A stretch of 64,000 bases of DNA, from contig NW_026250416.1 in assembly GCF_024521635.1 (NCBI RefSeq), positions 124,001 through 188,000 of the forward strand, written 5' to 3'. Each line of letters opens with the position of its first letter. The stretch's first letter is position 1. This DNA is from Tricharina praecox (Eukaryota). Both the position numbers and the translations under genes were made by a program. Below the pieces are notes generated by a model, which searched no databases, was not told the origin of the DNA, and saw only the letters and a program-made list of their open reading frames with translations. Shown one piece after another: positions 41,392-52,514 of this stretch.

Positions 41392-42242
41392 GTACGCTAC
41401 TCTATTTCGCTATCTCACTTACTCACCTCACATCACCTCACCTCAAACTTTCGCACTAAGAAGCACCCAACTGTAATCCTCCTTCCACACACTAGCCTTC
41501 TGCCCACTACCCAAATAACCATCTCACTACCAGCTCTATCCACCGCCACATCCACTACCCTTTCCCTGTCGCTTCTGCTTCCTCATCCCTCCCCCCCTCC
41601 ACACACTCACTCTCTCTCTCTTTCTCACTCCTCGTCCTCCTCTCCAATCCGGTCTGCTTCTATTCGCCTGCTTTTTCTGTACTCTTTCAATCTCCCCCAC
41701 CTCCCCCGAACGACGACGACAACATTTGCTGTTCGGTTGATCTCCCCTCCCCCCCACCCTCCCCACCATTCACTGCGTGCTTTTCCCATACTATACCCCT
41801 CTGACGTCGCCGCTCCCCTCCCCCCCGTCTGTGTTCTCTCTTGCTCTTCGGCTCGTCCATTGAATCTCCCCCACACCCCCCCCACTCTTTGCTGACTCGT
41901 TCGCTCGTTTCGCCGCTACAGTTCTTCGTCTCTCATTGTGTCCGACGGTTTGACTATCTGTTGACACGGCTCCTTACATCACTTTGATACCGGTTTCCGA
42001 ACCCCTTCAAGCAAATCGGTTTTCGAGTTTCTACCCGCCCGTTTCGATCTGGACATAGCGCTTTCGTCGCACGGAAAAAAGTTTCGCTTTTCGCATCTTT
42101 CTCTTTGCCGGCGCATTGGTTGTTTTTCAGGTATGCTCACTATCCATTGCTCATTCTACGTTCTCCATTCCCTGTCTCGCGTTGTGTCATTCATTCAATT
42201 TCCCGGTGCATCTGATTTTTAACATTTTGGTTGAACTTTTAG
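41392..42242 (+). other. Two probable 5'-UTR introns of NAM8 (41392-41921 and 42131-42242)
   Basis: CAG|GTACGC ... GCTGAC ... CAG and CAG|GTATGC ... TAG within an otherwise ATG-free, pyrimidine-rich leader. Confidence 0.55.
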
Positions 42243-42425
42243 CATCGGCCTAGCGTCATCTTTTTCGGTCTGATCTAGTCTCACTTTCTTCCTTCTCGAA
42301 AAATTTTCTGTTAGAGGGAAACATCCGCACACAACCCCACCAACCCAACCACCAAAATCCTCCAATCGACGGCGTCACGGTCACCAAACACGAACATCAA
42401 TACCGACAAGCCTAAAATCCCAATC

Positions 42426-44235
42426 ATGTCTTTCCAGCAGTACAATGAATTCCAGCAGCAGGGAGGATCTGCTTCCCCGACCGGTGGCAACGCACCTGCA
42501 GGTCAGGTTGTCCCTCAGCCAGGACAGCCCAGCGCCTCCCCGGCACCCTACAACGGTGCCCCTCCTTCCGGCAACGGCAGCGCGGGCGACGGCAGCAAGA
42601 CCACCCTCTGGTATGTTACTCCTTTCGTTGGCTTTTGCGGTGATGGGTATCCATACTCGTCCGGGTGCTGATGTCATTGTGTGTTTTAGGATGGGTGAAC
42701 TCGAGCCGTGGATCGATGAGAACTTCGTTCGCAATGTCTGGTTCCAGCTCGGCGAGAATGTCAATGTCAAGATGATTCGTGACAAGTTCTCTGGGTACGC
42801 TGTCGTCAGCTCCTTTTCATCTGGGAGTCCGGAGTCACATGCTAATTGATCGGATCTAGCAACGCTGGCTACTGCTTCGTCGAGTTCCAGACCCCTGCGG
42901 CTGCTGCCAAGGCTCTGAACCTTAACGGCACTCAGATCCCAAACAGTTCCCGTCCCTTCAAGTTGAACTGGGCCTCCGGAGGAGGACTCACTGACAGGCG
43001 GTCAGTAACTCCGCCCGACTCACTTTCTTACTATGTGACAATGGAAACCAACTAATGCTATAGGGAATCCAGTGATGACCGTGGTCCCGAGTTCTCCATC
43101 TTCGTTGGTGACCTTGGCCCCGAGGTTAACGAATACGTCCTCGTGTCGCTCTTCCAGTCGAGGTTCCCTTCGTGCAAGTCCGCCAAGATCATGACCGACC
43201 CCGTTAGTGGAATGTCTCGTGGGTACGGTTTCGTTCGCTTCTCGGACGAGCAGGACCAGCACCGCGCCTTGACCGAGATGCAGGGTGTCTACTGTGGCAA
43301 TCGTCCCATGCGCATCTCCACCGCCACACCTAAGAGTCGTACCGGTGCGTCCGCCGCTATGCCGGGAGGTGCTGCCGGACCGATGGGCATGTACACCATG
43401 GGTGCTCCCCCGATGGGCTACTACGGTGCTCCCCAGCCCATGAACCAGTTCACCGACCCCAACAACACCACCGTCTTCGTCGGAGGATTGTCCGGTTACG
43501 TCACCGAGGACGAGCTCCGTTCATTCTTCCAGGGCTTTGGAGAAATCACCTACGTCAAGATTCCTCCCGGAAAGGGCTGTGGTTTCGTTCAGTTCGTGCA
43601 GAGGCACGCCGCCGAGATGGCGATCAACCAGATGCAGGGCTATCCTATCGGTAACTCTAGGGTTAGGTTGTCGTGGGGACGCAGTCAAAACAACTCGGGT
43701 CCGGCTGGCACTCCCTACCGCCCGGCTCCCCCTCCTCCCGTGTTCCCGTCGATGGCCATGCCGCCGCAGCACCATTACCAGAGCTTTGCGCCTCTAAAGT
43801 AGTTTGCCTTTCTTTTTCTTCCTGTTTTTGATTTTTTTCTTTCTCTTTTTCTGTGATTTTTTTCTTTCAAATTCTATGTACCTATTTTACGATGGCTTCA
43901 CGTTGGTTGTGCCGCAATGGGTTTTTTCCTCCTACATATATCACCCGCCTCCATCTATTTCCTTGGATGATAAACGATTCAAATGCGGTCCAGAGCTTTT
44001 GCTGATCCATAGTCGCTTGCTTTCGTGTAGTCCTCATGCTTCTCACATGCACCCGCCGCCTCAGCCTGGCCAGATGCCTCCTCCTGGACCTCCCGGTGCT
44101 CTTCAGGGCCCGAATGATCCGACTGAGCCAATGGACATGCAGAGGATGAACAACATGTACATGCAAGCCAGAGATGGCCAGATGGATCGCCTCGAGGCCG
44201 ACGGCCGTGCGTACCACTCGGTTTACGCGGCCTAG
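42426..44235 (+). CDS. NAM8: Three-RRM RNA-binding protein of the Nam8/Ngr1 (TIA-1/RBP45-related) family; short isoform stops at 43802, long isoform at 44235
   Basis: KTTLWMGELEPWIDEN, NAGYCFVEF, FKLNWASG, FSIFVGDLGPEV, SRGYGFVRF, DPNNTTVFVGGL, GKGCGFVQF, RVRLSWGRS. An optional terminal intron 43799-44030 adds ...DPTEPMDMQRMNNMYMQARDGQMDRLEADGRAYHSVYAA. Confidence 0.9.
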
Positions 44236-46469
44236 ACCACCAGTCCCTTCCCGTTTCGTTTCCCTTTGATTTTTCTCTTCTTTCCCTTTCCCCTTTTCCT
44301 CCAAGACAGAAATGACATACAACGAGCCCGAGGATCATACATTCATAATCTTTAGGAAAACATGGCGTCTCCCTTATTGTCCAAGCTACTTCGAAAGGTG
44401 TTTGAGGGTTGATTGATTCGAGTCGGCGTTAAGCAACAAAAAGAACTTCCTTTTGCGATTTTTTTCCGCGTTGGTTTTGTGCCTCTGGGATTTGTTTTCG
44501 TCGGGGTTTGATTTGCTCAATGGGTTTCTGCTGTTTGTTTCTCGATTTCTTTTTCGTTTTTTGTTTTCCCTTCTGTTCTTTCCTTTGAAGTCCTCAGATC
44601 CTTCGTTCGGTCATTTGTTGCACCTTCATGTCTTTCGTCTCTCAAGTGGTCTGTCTGTCTTGTCTTGTCTCCTGTTTTTCATGGGGTTTCTGGGGCTTGC
44701 TTTGCTTTTTGCACTTGGGGGGGCTGTTACTGCTTCTTCGGATAGGCTTCTTGTGGTGTCGTTTTTCCTTTCTCGTTACTGAAACTTTGCTGTGTCTTTC
44801 TTTTTCATCGATCTCGGGCGAAATGTGTTGTTTCATCTTCATCTCTTCGTATCTCGTAGCGTATCTCTTTTCCTCTCTCTCCCAACATCGGTGTATCTGG
44901 TGTATCTTCTCGTACGGTATCTTCACATTTTTTGCAGGTGTTGTGTTGTCTTGTCCCCCTCTTTTCGGTGCGCTCTCTCTTGTCTGCGGGAGGTTTATCT
45001 TCCTTCCTGGGATCGGTGAGCAACTGTACTATGGGGCTCTATGGGAAGATGTAAAGTATTCTAGCAATTTCACGGGTTATATCATACTTCCTACCTTGGT
45101 GTACCGGTATCCGTAAATGTAGAGGGCAGTAGAGGGCTGCCAGCGGTGAAGATGTTTCCAGCTATCTATCTACAACCTATGCATACAGTCCACCACGGCG
45201 GCGACGACGACGACGATGACGGAGTCCGACTTGTCCAGCCCTTTACGTCCACTTTACGTCCACTGATCCCCCTCAAGCTGGAGCCTGGAGGTGATGGTCC
45301 ACCGAAGCTGCAGTTCATCATCATCATCATCCAGGAACCTTTATGCCCCACCAAACTGTAGTTCATCATCCAGGAGCCGCTACATCCCCCCATCCCATCC
45401 GCGCTCGAGTGGGGATCACAAACGACCGAACCTACCGAACCCACCGAAACGGACCGACTGACCGATGGATGGATGGAAGGAATAGTCGGTGGATAGGATG
45501 TATGGATGTATGGGTGTATGGATAGATAGATGGATTAAATGGTCAGTGGAATGGATGGATAGAATATTCGGTGGAATGGGCGGTGGAAGGATAGATGGAA
45601 TGGACGGTGGAATGTCAAGATTGTGACTGGTGCCTGGTGACTGGTTATTCACCCTCCTCCCTCTTCCCTCCGTCGTTGAGGTTCGCCGTACTGTATCGAC
45701 ACCACATCCGCTTTGCAAGCGGTCCAGTTACGTTAAGGCTCTGGGGGTGGTGTCCATCGATCCAGCTATATATCCAGCTATCCAAAAGTTGTGTTCATGT
45801 CTCGTTGCCATCGCCATCTGGGGGCGAAACAAGTCACAGTTGTATTCAACGAATCAAATCACGACAAGCCAGCGGCCAGTCAGCCAGTCAACCAGTATGA
45901 TACAAGTCAGTCAAGATATCTATTCGAGTCCAAGGGGCCGGGGAAAGGTTGAATTTCCCCTCCACCTTCAACAGGTCTATCACCACCGCTCTTTTGCGCA
46001 AACTATATACACTCCACTCCACACTCCATGCCAAAGAAAAACAAGAAACAAGTGATACAAAACAAAAAAATGACGATGATATATAAACAAAAACGGAAAA
46101 CGCAACGCACGCAACGGACCGAACCACAGACAAACAGACAGGAAAGAGATGAGAAGAAAGGTGAAGAAAAAAAGGAAGAAACGGAAGAAAAAAAGGAAGA
46201 TCCCACTATACGCCAAACAAAGTGTCAATCGATCGATCGATCCGGCGGGGTCTCTGTCTCTAGCAACAGAAACACAGACAGACAGACAGAAAGAAAGATG
46301 TAAACCAGAGAAAAAAAACCCAGACTAAAACCGCCGCAATGCAATGCCAATCATCAACGCCTCCCAACTTCATCCTCATCCTCATCCCCATCCTCCCTCC
46401 CTCGTAATAACCTACATCCACCCATCCACCCTTTCCCCTTCCCCCGCCCTTACCCGCGTCCAAGAAATC

Positions 46470-49209
46470 CTACAAATCCTCCTCCTCCTTCTCCCTGGCC
46501 TCCTCCATCTTCCCGCCATCAGGCCGCATCAAACTCGTGAGCTTCCCAAACTCGCTGACGATCTCGTTGCCGAGGGCTCCCAGCTCGTGCTCGGCGAACT
46601 CCTTCGCCTGCTCGAACCGGCTCCCGTCCAGGTCGTTCTTCATGCCAGCGTAGAACCGCTTTGCGGAGCCCTTTTCTTGCTGCGCGCGGATGTTTTCTTG
46701 ATCGGACGGTGGGAGTTTGTCTTCCTCCTCGTCCTGCTCCTTCTCTGCCTTCTCCACCTTCTCCTTCTTATCCTCTTTCTCCTCCTCGACTTCGGGTTCT
46801 GGTTGGGGTGTGTGCGGTGGTTGTTGTTGGGGTTGTTGAGGTTGTTGTTGGGGCTGGAGTTCAGGCTGGTGCTGGGACTGCTCGAGGAGAATACTGTCTG
46901 CGAGTTGACTCTGCGACTCATCGTACTCCTCGTCCTCCTCGTCCTCGTCGTCTTCGTCCTCATCGTCGCCCTCTTCGTCCTCAAGTTCCTCGCCGTCCTC
47001 GATGTACGAATCACCCATGTACCCAGCGTCCTCATCGTCGTCGTCGTCCTCATCATCGTCATGGTCGCGCCCCTCATCGTCAGAATCACTGAAGTCTTCC
47101 GGATCCATGATTCCCTCGCGCCAGAAGTTGAAGTCCGTGTACTCCTCCTCGACCACCTTGTGTACGGGCGGAAAGAAGTGGTCGACGAGATCCCGCATGT
47201 TGACGTACGAGCTCTTGTACTTGGTCAGACAGAGGAGGTCCAGCACCACCTCGGCATTGCTGTTGATCGTGAAGATCCGAGTGCTGGGGATGTTGACGCT
47301 GCGGTATGACAGCGCATCCGTGAGACGGTTTCCGAAGCCCGCGTAGAACGGCGTGTGCCCAGGGCCAAATAGATTAAAAATGTCCCGTAGACACGCCATC
47401 TTGAACACCTCCGGCTTGCGGAGATAAACTTCTCGCCGTAACGCATGAAAGGTTCGGTCCGGAGACATGATCACGGGCCCCTTAGGGAGCTTGAAGCTGT
47501 CTTGGACAATGCCGTTGAGATAGTTTCTTGTTGTGTCCGCTTGCCCGACGGAGCGAGAGGTGAGGTAGAGGAGGTTGTAGCCGTTGGCGGCGATGTCGGT
47601 GTAGAGCTTCGCGACGCCTAGGTGCGTCCAGTCCCGTCCAACCATGGTGAAGATGTGCCCGAGGGCGTCGGACTTGGTGATCGTTCCGTCAATGTCGGAG
47701 ATGACGATGGGGACGTCATGCCGCCATAGGTACATGTAGGCAGTACAGGTGGCGCGGTTGACGCTGAAGGAAATCTCATTGCTGCCAGGCTTGAGGTCCA
47801 AGCTCTTGAGCTGGTCCGAGGTCAGGCGCAATGTCTTTGCGTAGCTCCTGGAGTCGATTCCGGATTCGCGGCCGCCCGGGGGAGGTGACGAGGGCGGGGT
47901 TGAAGCCGGAGTCGAGGTAGCCCGCACGGCGCGTTTGTCCTCGCCCGAGGAATACCCACTCTTTGCGTCATCCGAGGAGTAGCCTCCATCCGAGACCGCG
48001 GTCTCAATGGCGTGAAGGAATCCTTCCTGCCGTCCGGCCTTCTGCTTTGCCTCTTCGCTGGAATAGATCCAAAGATTCCCGTCTCTATCAGCGCCGATCA
48101 AGGAGCCGAAATCGTAATCACCGTCGAGTTCCTCGGCGAGGATTCTCCGAGCCAGCTTCTCAGCTTCAAGGGTATCCTCCTGGTCCAACTTGTAGCCGTG
48201 CATGTCAAGCATCAGGTCACCCTGATTTGTGATGTGCGTCTGGATGTTCGAGATCGACAGCTTGCGCGATAACGCCATGGCGCGCTCGACAGCCGCCGCA
48301 CGTTCCAGTGGTGGTGGAGAGCGTGTTCTCACCGGGCCGTTCATATCGCCGGCAGTAGTGTAGCGACGCCCATTGCTGCTGCTGACAGTGAGCACCTCGT
48401 CGGATTGACTCCGCTCCATCGCCAACGACGTCCCCGACCAGTCACCACTCGCCGGGCGCATAAGATCTGACGGTGCATTTGCGAGGGGTGCCGTGCTGCC
48501 TGTCACACCATGAGACTCTGTCGCATCGACAGTGATCAGGATATTATTACCGAAATCCGACTGTGCCCTCAGATCCGATTGCGCGCGATTCGGGCGCACT
48601 GTCGGTTTCGCTGTTCCGCTGAAATCCGCTATGTCGAGGAAATCTGGTTCTTGCAATGACGTAGCGTCGGGTACAGAAGGTTCCGAGCGCGGACTCGATG
48701 CTGGTGATACTAATGGCGACGTCTGCAAATCTCTAGGCACAATCCCCGAAGTTTCAAAGACGAAGAAAGCCTCTCCGGCTTCGCCGAGCTTCATCGAGTA
48801 ATCCGTTCTTGCACCGTTGACTTTGAACTCCACCTATCGGAGGCCAAGTGAGTCAGAGATGCGCCTGCGATGAGATGGACGGATGCCACGGTAGCGCGTA
48901 TAACGGACCTTCTTTTCGTAGGGTCGCAGGAGCGAGAACTTTCCGAACCGGACGTGAAAAGGAGAACATGCCAGGTCGCCTGCGGTTCTCACTGTCAGGA
49001 AATGTAGCCGTGATGTGCGCGGAGGGGAAATGGCAAACCATTATCCTGTTCCACGACTATCACGTCAATGGCACCGCTCAATGTTGCTGGGCTGTACGGA
49101 GAAGATGTCAGTCGCCGCCGTCGCGAAAGTAGTCCAGTCCGGAGCGCGCCTACTTTATTGAATTCCATGTTTTTGACACAGAACCACTGAGAGACCGGAC
49201 ATACTGCAT
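46470..49209 (-). CDS. PAH1: Phosphatidate phosphatase Pah1/Ned1/lipin
   Basis: N-LIP region MQYVRSLSGSVSKTWNSINPATLSGAIDVIVVEQ...CSPFHVRFGKFSLLRP, HAD motif VISDIDGTITKSD, FYAGFGNRLTD, and a long acidic C-terminal tail. Confidence 0.96.
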
Positions 49210-50932
49210 CGTGGCGGGGCTATGAGGCGGGGTGCGATGAAGTGCAACGAGGTGCCGTGGGAGGGGAGAGGGTGGGTATCAAGCTGGGAGGATGTATGGG
49301 ATCCCGGAACTGACGGCGGGTGCGAAACAACGACGACGACGAAACGGAAATAAGGGAATCACGAGGTGGCTCCGACGCGGACTATGTACTTCTGGGTTCA
49401 ACGACGGATGCTGAAAATGCGGGGGCGAGAGGTCTTTCGAGGGGCGGAAAGTGTTGGGGTTGTCGCGTGGATGGAGAGTGTGGGAGCACAGCGGGAAGGG
49501 ATCCCTGACGCGGTGAACTTGAGCAACTTGTTGGGACGATGAGTGGGGACGACGCGGAGCTTTCTTTTTGGGAGGGGCGATGGGCGATGAACATGCGGCA
49601 GCGGCGGAGAAAGGGCGAAGAGAAAGAATAGGGCCGGCTTGGAAGGGGATGGTTGTCAGGTTTGTGTTTATCGAGCAAAGTAACTATCCAAGTACACCCG
49701 TTGCCTTGTTTCTGCCCTATTGAAGGTCGAGGAGACGAATATCCCGACAGAATGGCCGCGGAGTGAGCTGGTGATGCTCCGATTCGCTCACGGGGAAGAA
49801 GTAAGGGTGATAAAGGCAAGACGGAGAGTACGAGGAAGATGAAGAGGAGGGAGAAGAGGGAGAAGTCTGAATAGCGAGAGAAGAGGGAGAGAAGGGGGAG
49901 AAGGAGTTCGAGAGCAAGAGGAGCGGGCGGGCGCACAGTCTCCACTATCGGTCGGTTGGTCTGTGGGTCTGTGTCCCCGCGGTCGGTCAGTCAGTCAGCC
50001 AGTCAGTCAGTGATCGGTCCTGGCTCCTGTCCAGTCTGACATGCGTATGCCCAGGTGCTGGCTGCTGCTTCTGTCGCGTCCTTCCTCGGCCTCCATCATG
50101 ATCATATGCATCATCATCATCATCATCATCATCATTATAATCGCCGCAGGAACTTGTTTCGCGGAGTCTTCCGAAGAAGAAGCACCGAAGGAATCTTCGG
50201 TAGCTCGTGACCGACCAAACAAGCTCGTGCTTTTCCGATGCACCGACCTTACCCCCAGTCTGGCTAGGCGGCCCGGCCCACAGTCGCCGTGCAGCACGAT
50301 GCTTCCTTAAACGCAGCACTCAACACCCGGTCTTCTATGTGTGTATCTACTCCATAATTCAACCCTCCACCGTTCGGTCTCCTTCGATTACCCAGGTATG
50401 CGATAAGTACCGGTACACAACTGCGGCAGGCGTGACCCGACGTTTGGAGGTTCCACCGGAGTACAATTGGCTACCGTGGCGATCTCCGCTCTCAAGAGAG
50501 GTCATCGGACAAGAGAACGAGGGGGGAAATGCCGGGATTGAACGTCCCATGGGACTCTGTGACGGGTATATATCTACATGATCTCAATCGATGGCCCTGG
50601 TTCGTTCGCAGAGAAGTTCCGGGGAAAGAGACCACGAGGCCAACTACCTCACTAACCCATACTAGGGTAGCATAGAACGTCAGCTCGGCCGTGGAGTATA
50701 ATCAAATTCACGGCTTGCTATGGCCGTTTCAGTACTCGTATGTGCTACTATATATATATATGATATCCCCAGGACCAGAGGAATCCGCCCTCGTTTCCAT
50801 GGCCGCAGAACCCGGCGGCAAGCCCTAAACTTCCGTCGCTCACCGTCGAATTGTCATCGCCCTGCGGTTGAAACACCGCCGCCGGACCTGAGTCACCAAC
50901 TCAGCAAATGCCCGGTGAAAGATCTAGCAGGA

Positions 50933-50974
50933 GAAGAAGAAGAAGAAGAAGAAGAAGAAGAAGAAGAAGAAGAA
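50933..50974. repeat. (GAA)14 microsatellite
   Basis: Perfect trinucleotide run read directly from the sequence. Confidence 0.95.
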
Positions 50975-52514
50975 GGTGCATGCATGTGTTATCATGTGGG
51001 ATAGGATCATTGTGATGAGATGAAAGGTGGCCTCGAACCAGTCGTACGGGCTCGTACGTGGCCGCACGTATTCTCCCAACATTGGTACATGTCTGCCTAC
51101 TTAAGCCGCCCAATACACCCAAGCTTCAACAACAACAACAACAAACCTCAGCGCAGGGGCTGAGGCCTTGGGATTGGGCTAATTGTTGCCTCTGTTGGGA
51201 CGGAATGGAATGGAATGAGACGTCGTCTCCGACGAGGACACTGTTCTCCGTGCGAGGCCGAGCGGTTGAGCACCAAGTCTTTCTACAGACGCGCCCGTTT
51301 CCATTCTACGCTTCCGTACTCGCAAAGTGCTGAGTGCAAAGTGCAAACACCCAACGATCACGCGAGCCTACCTCACTTCACAGGCCAACGGCGCCGTGGT
51401 GCTGCTGCTGTGTTCCTGCGTTTGTTCCTGCGCAACGCAAAAAGAAGAGGGGGATGGGGTGAATGGGGTGCATGCACAGGCACAGGCACAGGGATCCAGA
51501 TTCAAGGTGAAATGGGCGGGAGATGTGCACAGGGATTTGTTACCTGAGGGCTTGCTTTGCTTTCACACGGGGTTTCTGGATGCTGCGTGGTCACTCCTCT
51601 ATGTATTCAGGATTCATGAAGAGGTTGCGCGGGTGTGTGATACGGAGCATGTATGTAGGTGGATCGGACGGTTATGCCAGATATACTACAGACTACAGTG
51701 GTAATCGGACCATAGCCATGTCCAGGGACAGATTCATCTGATCCGTTCAACTCCCAGTGGCCAGACATGCAAAAAGCAAGCCATCAGGAAAGACTCCATA
51801 TCATACCAAGTGACTGTGATTTCCCAGGCCCAAACTCCGCCGTATGCACAGGCAGCAATGAATGCACAGACCATCACTCGTGAATTCTCCATTTCCCCAG
51901 CGAAGTCCTGACCGCATTCCACAGCAAAGGCTCGCAGCCTTCGCGACCAATCGGAGGTGGAAAAGTGTCCAGCCTTAACTACCGCTGACCCAACCCTGAT
52001 GCCAGCGGGGAGAAGGCCACGGTTTGTTGAGGAATTCGCACGGCCAATGCTATGTACCTATCATACATAAGCCGAAAGATCGGTTGAGTCTCTGTTGCAG
52101 CATTATTCTTCTGCCTCAATCAATCTTTGTAACCACCCCTCCGATCCCCAGCGCGCATATGTAATCCACACACGGTCCTGCAGCAGCTCCGTTCGGGAGT
52201 GGCTTTTTTTTCTTTCCTTTCGCTTTTGCATGACCTGTAACAAACCAACCAACCAGGGTCCAATAATGCTCGGGTAACACCATATGTTCCTTGGCACTGG
52301 GCTGGCTGGCACTGGACTGGCTGGCTCCACCCTTCTGTTCGCCAGTCGGTTCGTCGGTCGGTCATCTCCACTACTCCACACGTCGTCTCGCCAAAAAAAA
52401 AAATCCTCTTCCATCTACAAACCTTCATCGACGCCCCGCAACCCGGCCATCGATAGCAAGCAAGCAAGTACGCAAGCAAGCAAGCAAGAGAGAAGGAAAG
52501 AGAGACAGAGAGCG

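Noticed and set aside
41014-41895. 293-aa ORF upstream of NAM8
   Set aside because: No ATG start; explained by stop-poor pyrimidine-rich UTR/intron sequence.
46344-47309. 321-aa + strand ORF
   Set aside because: Antisense shadow of the acidic PAH1 tail; the Leu/Val-rich composition is what complementary GAG/GAC codons produce.
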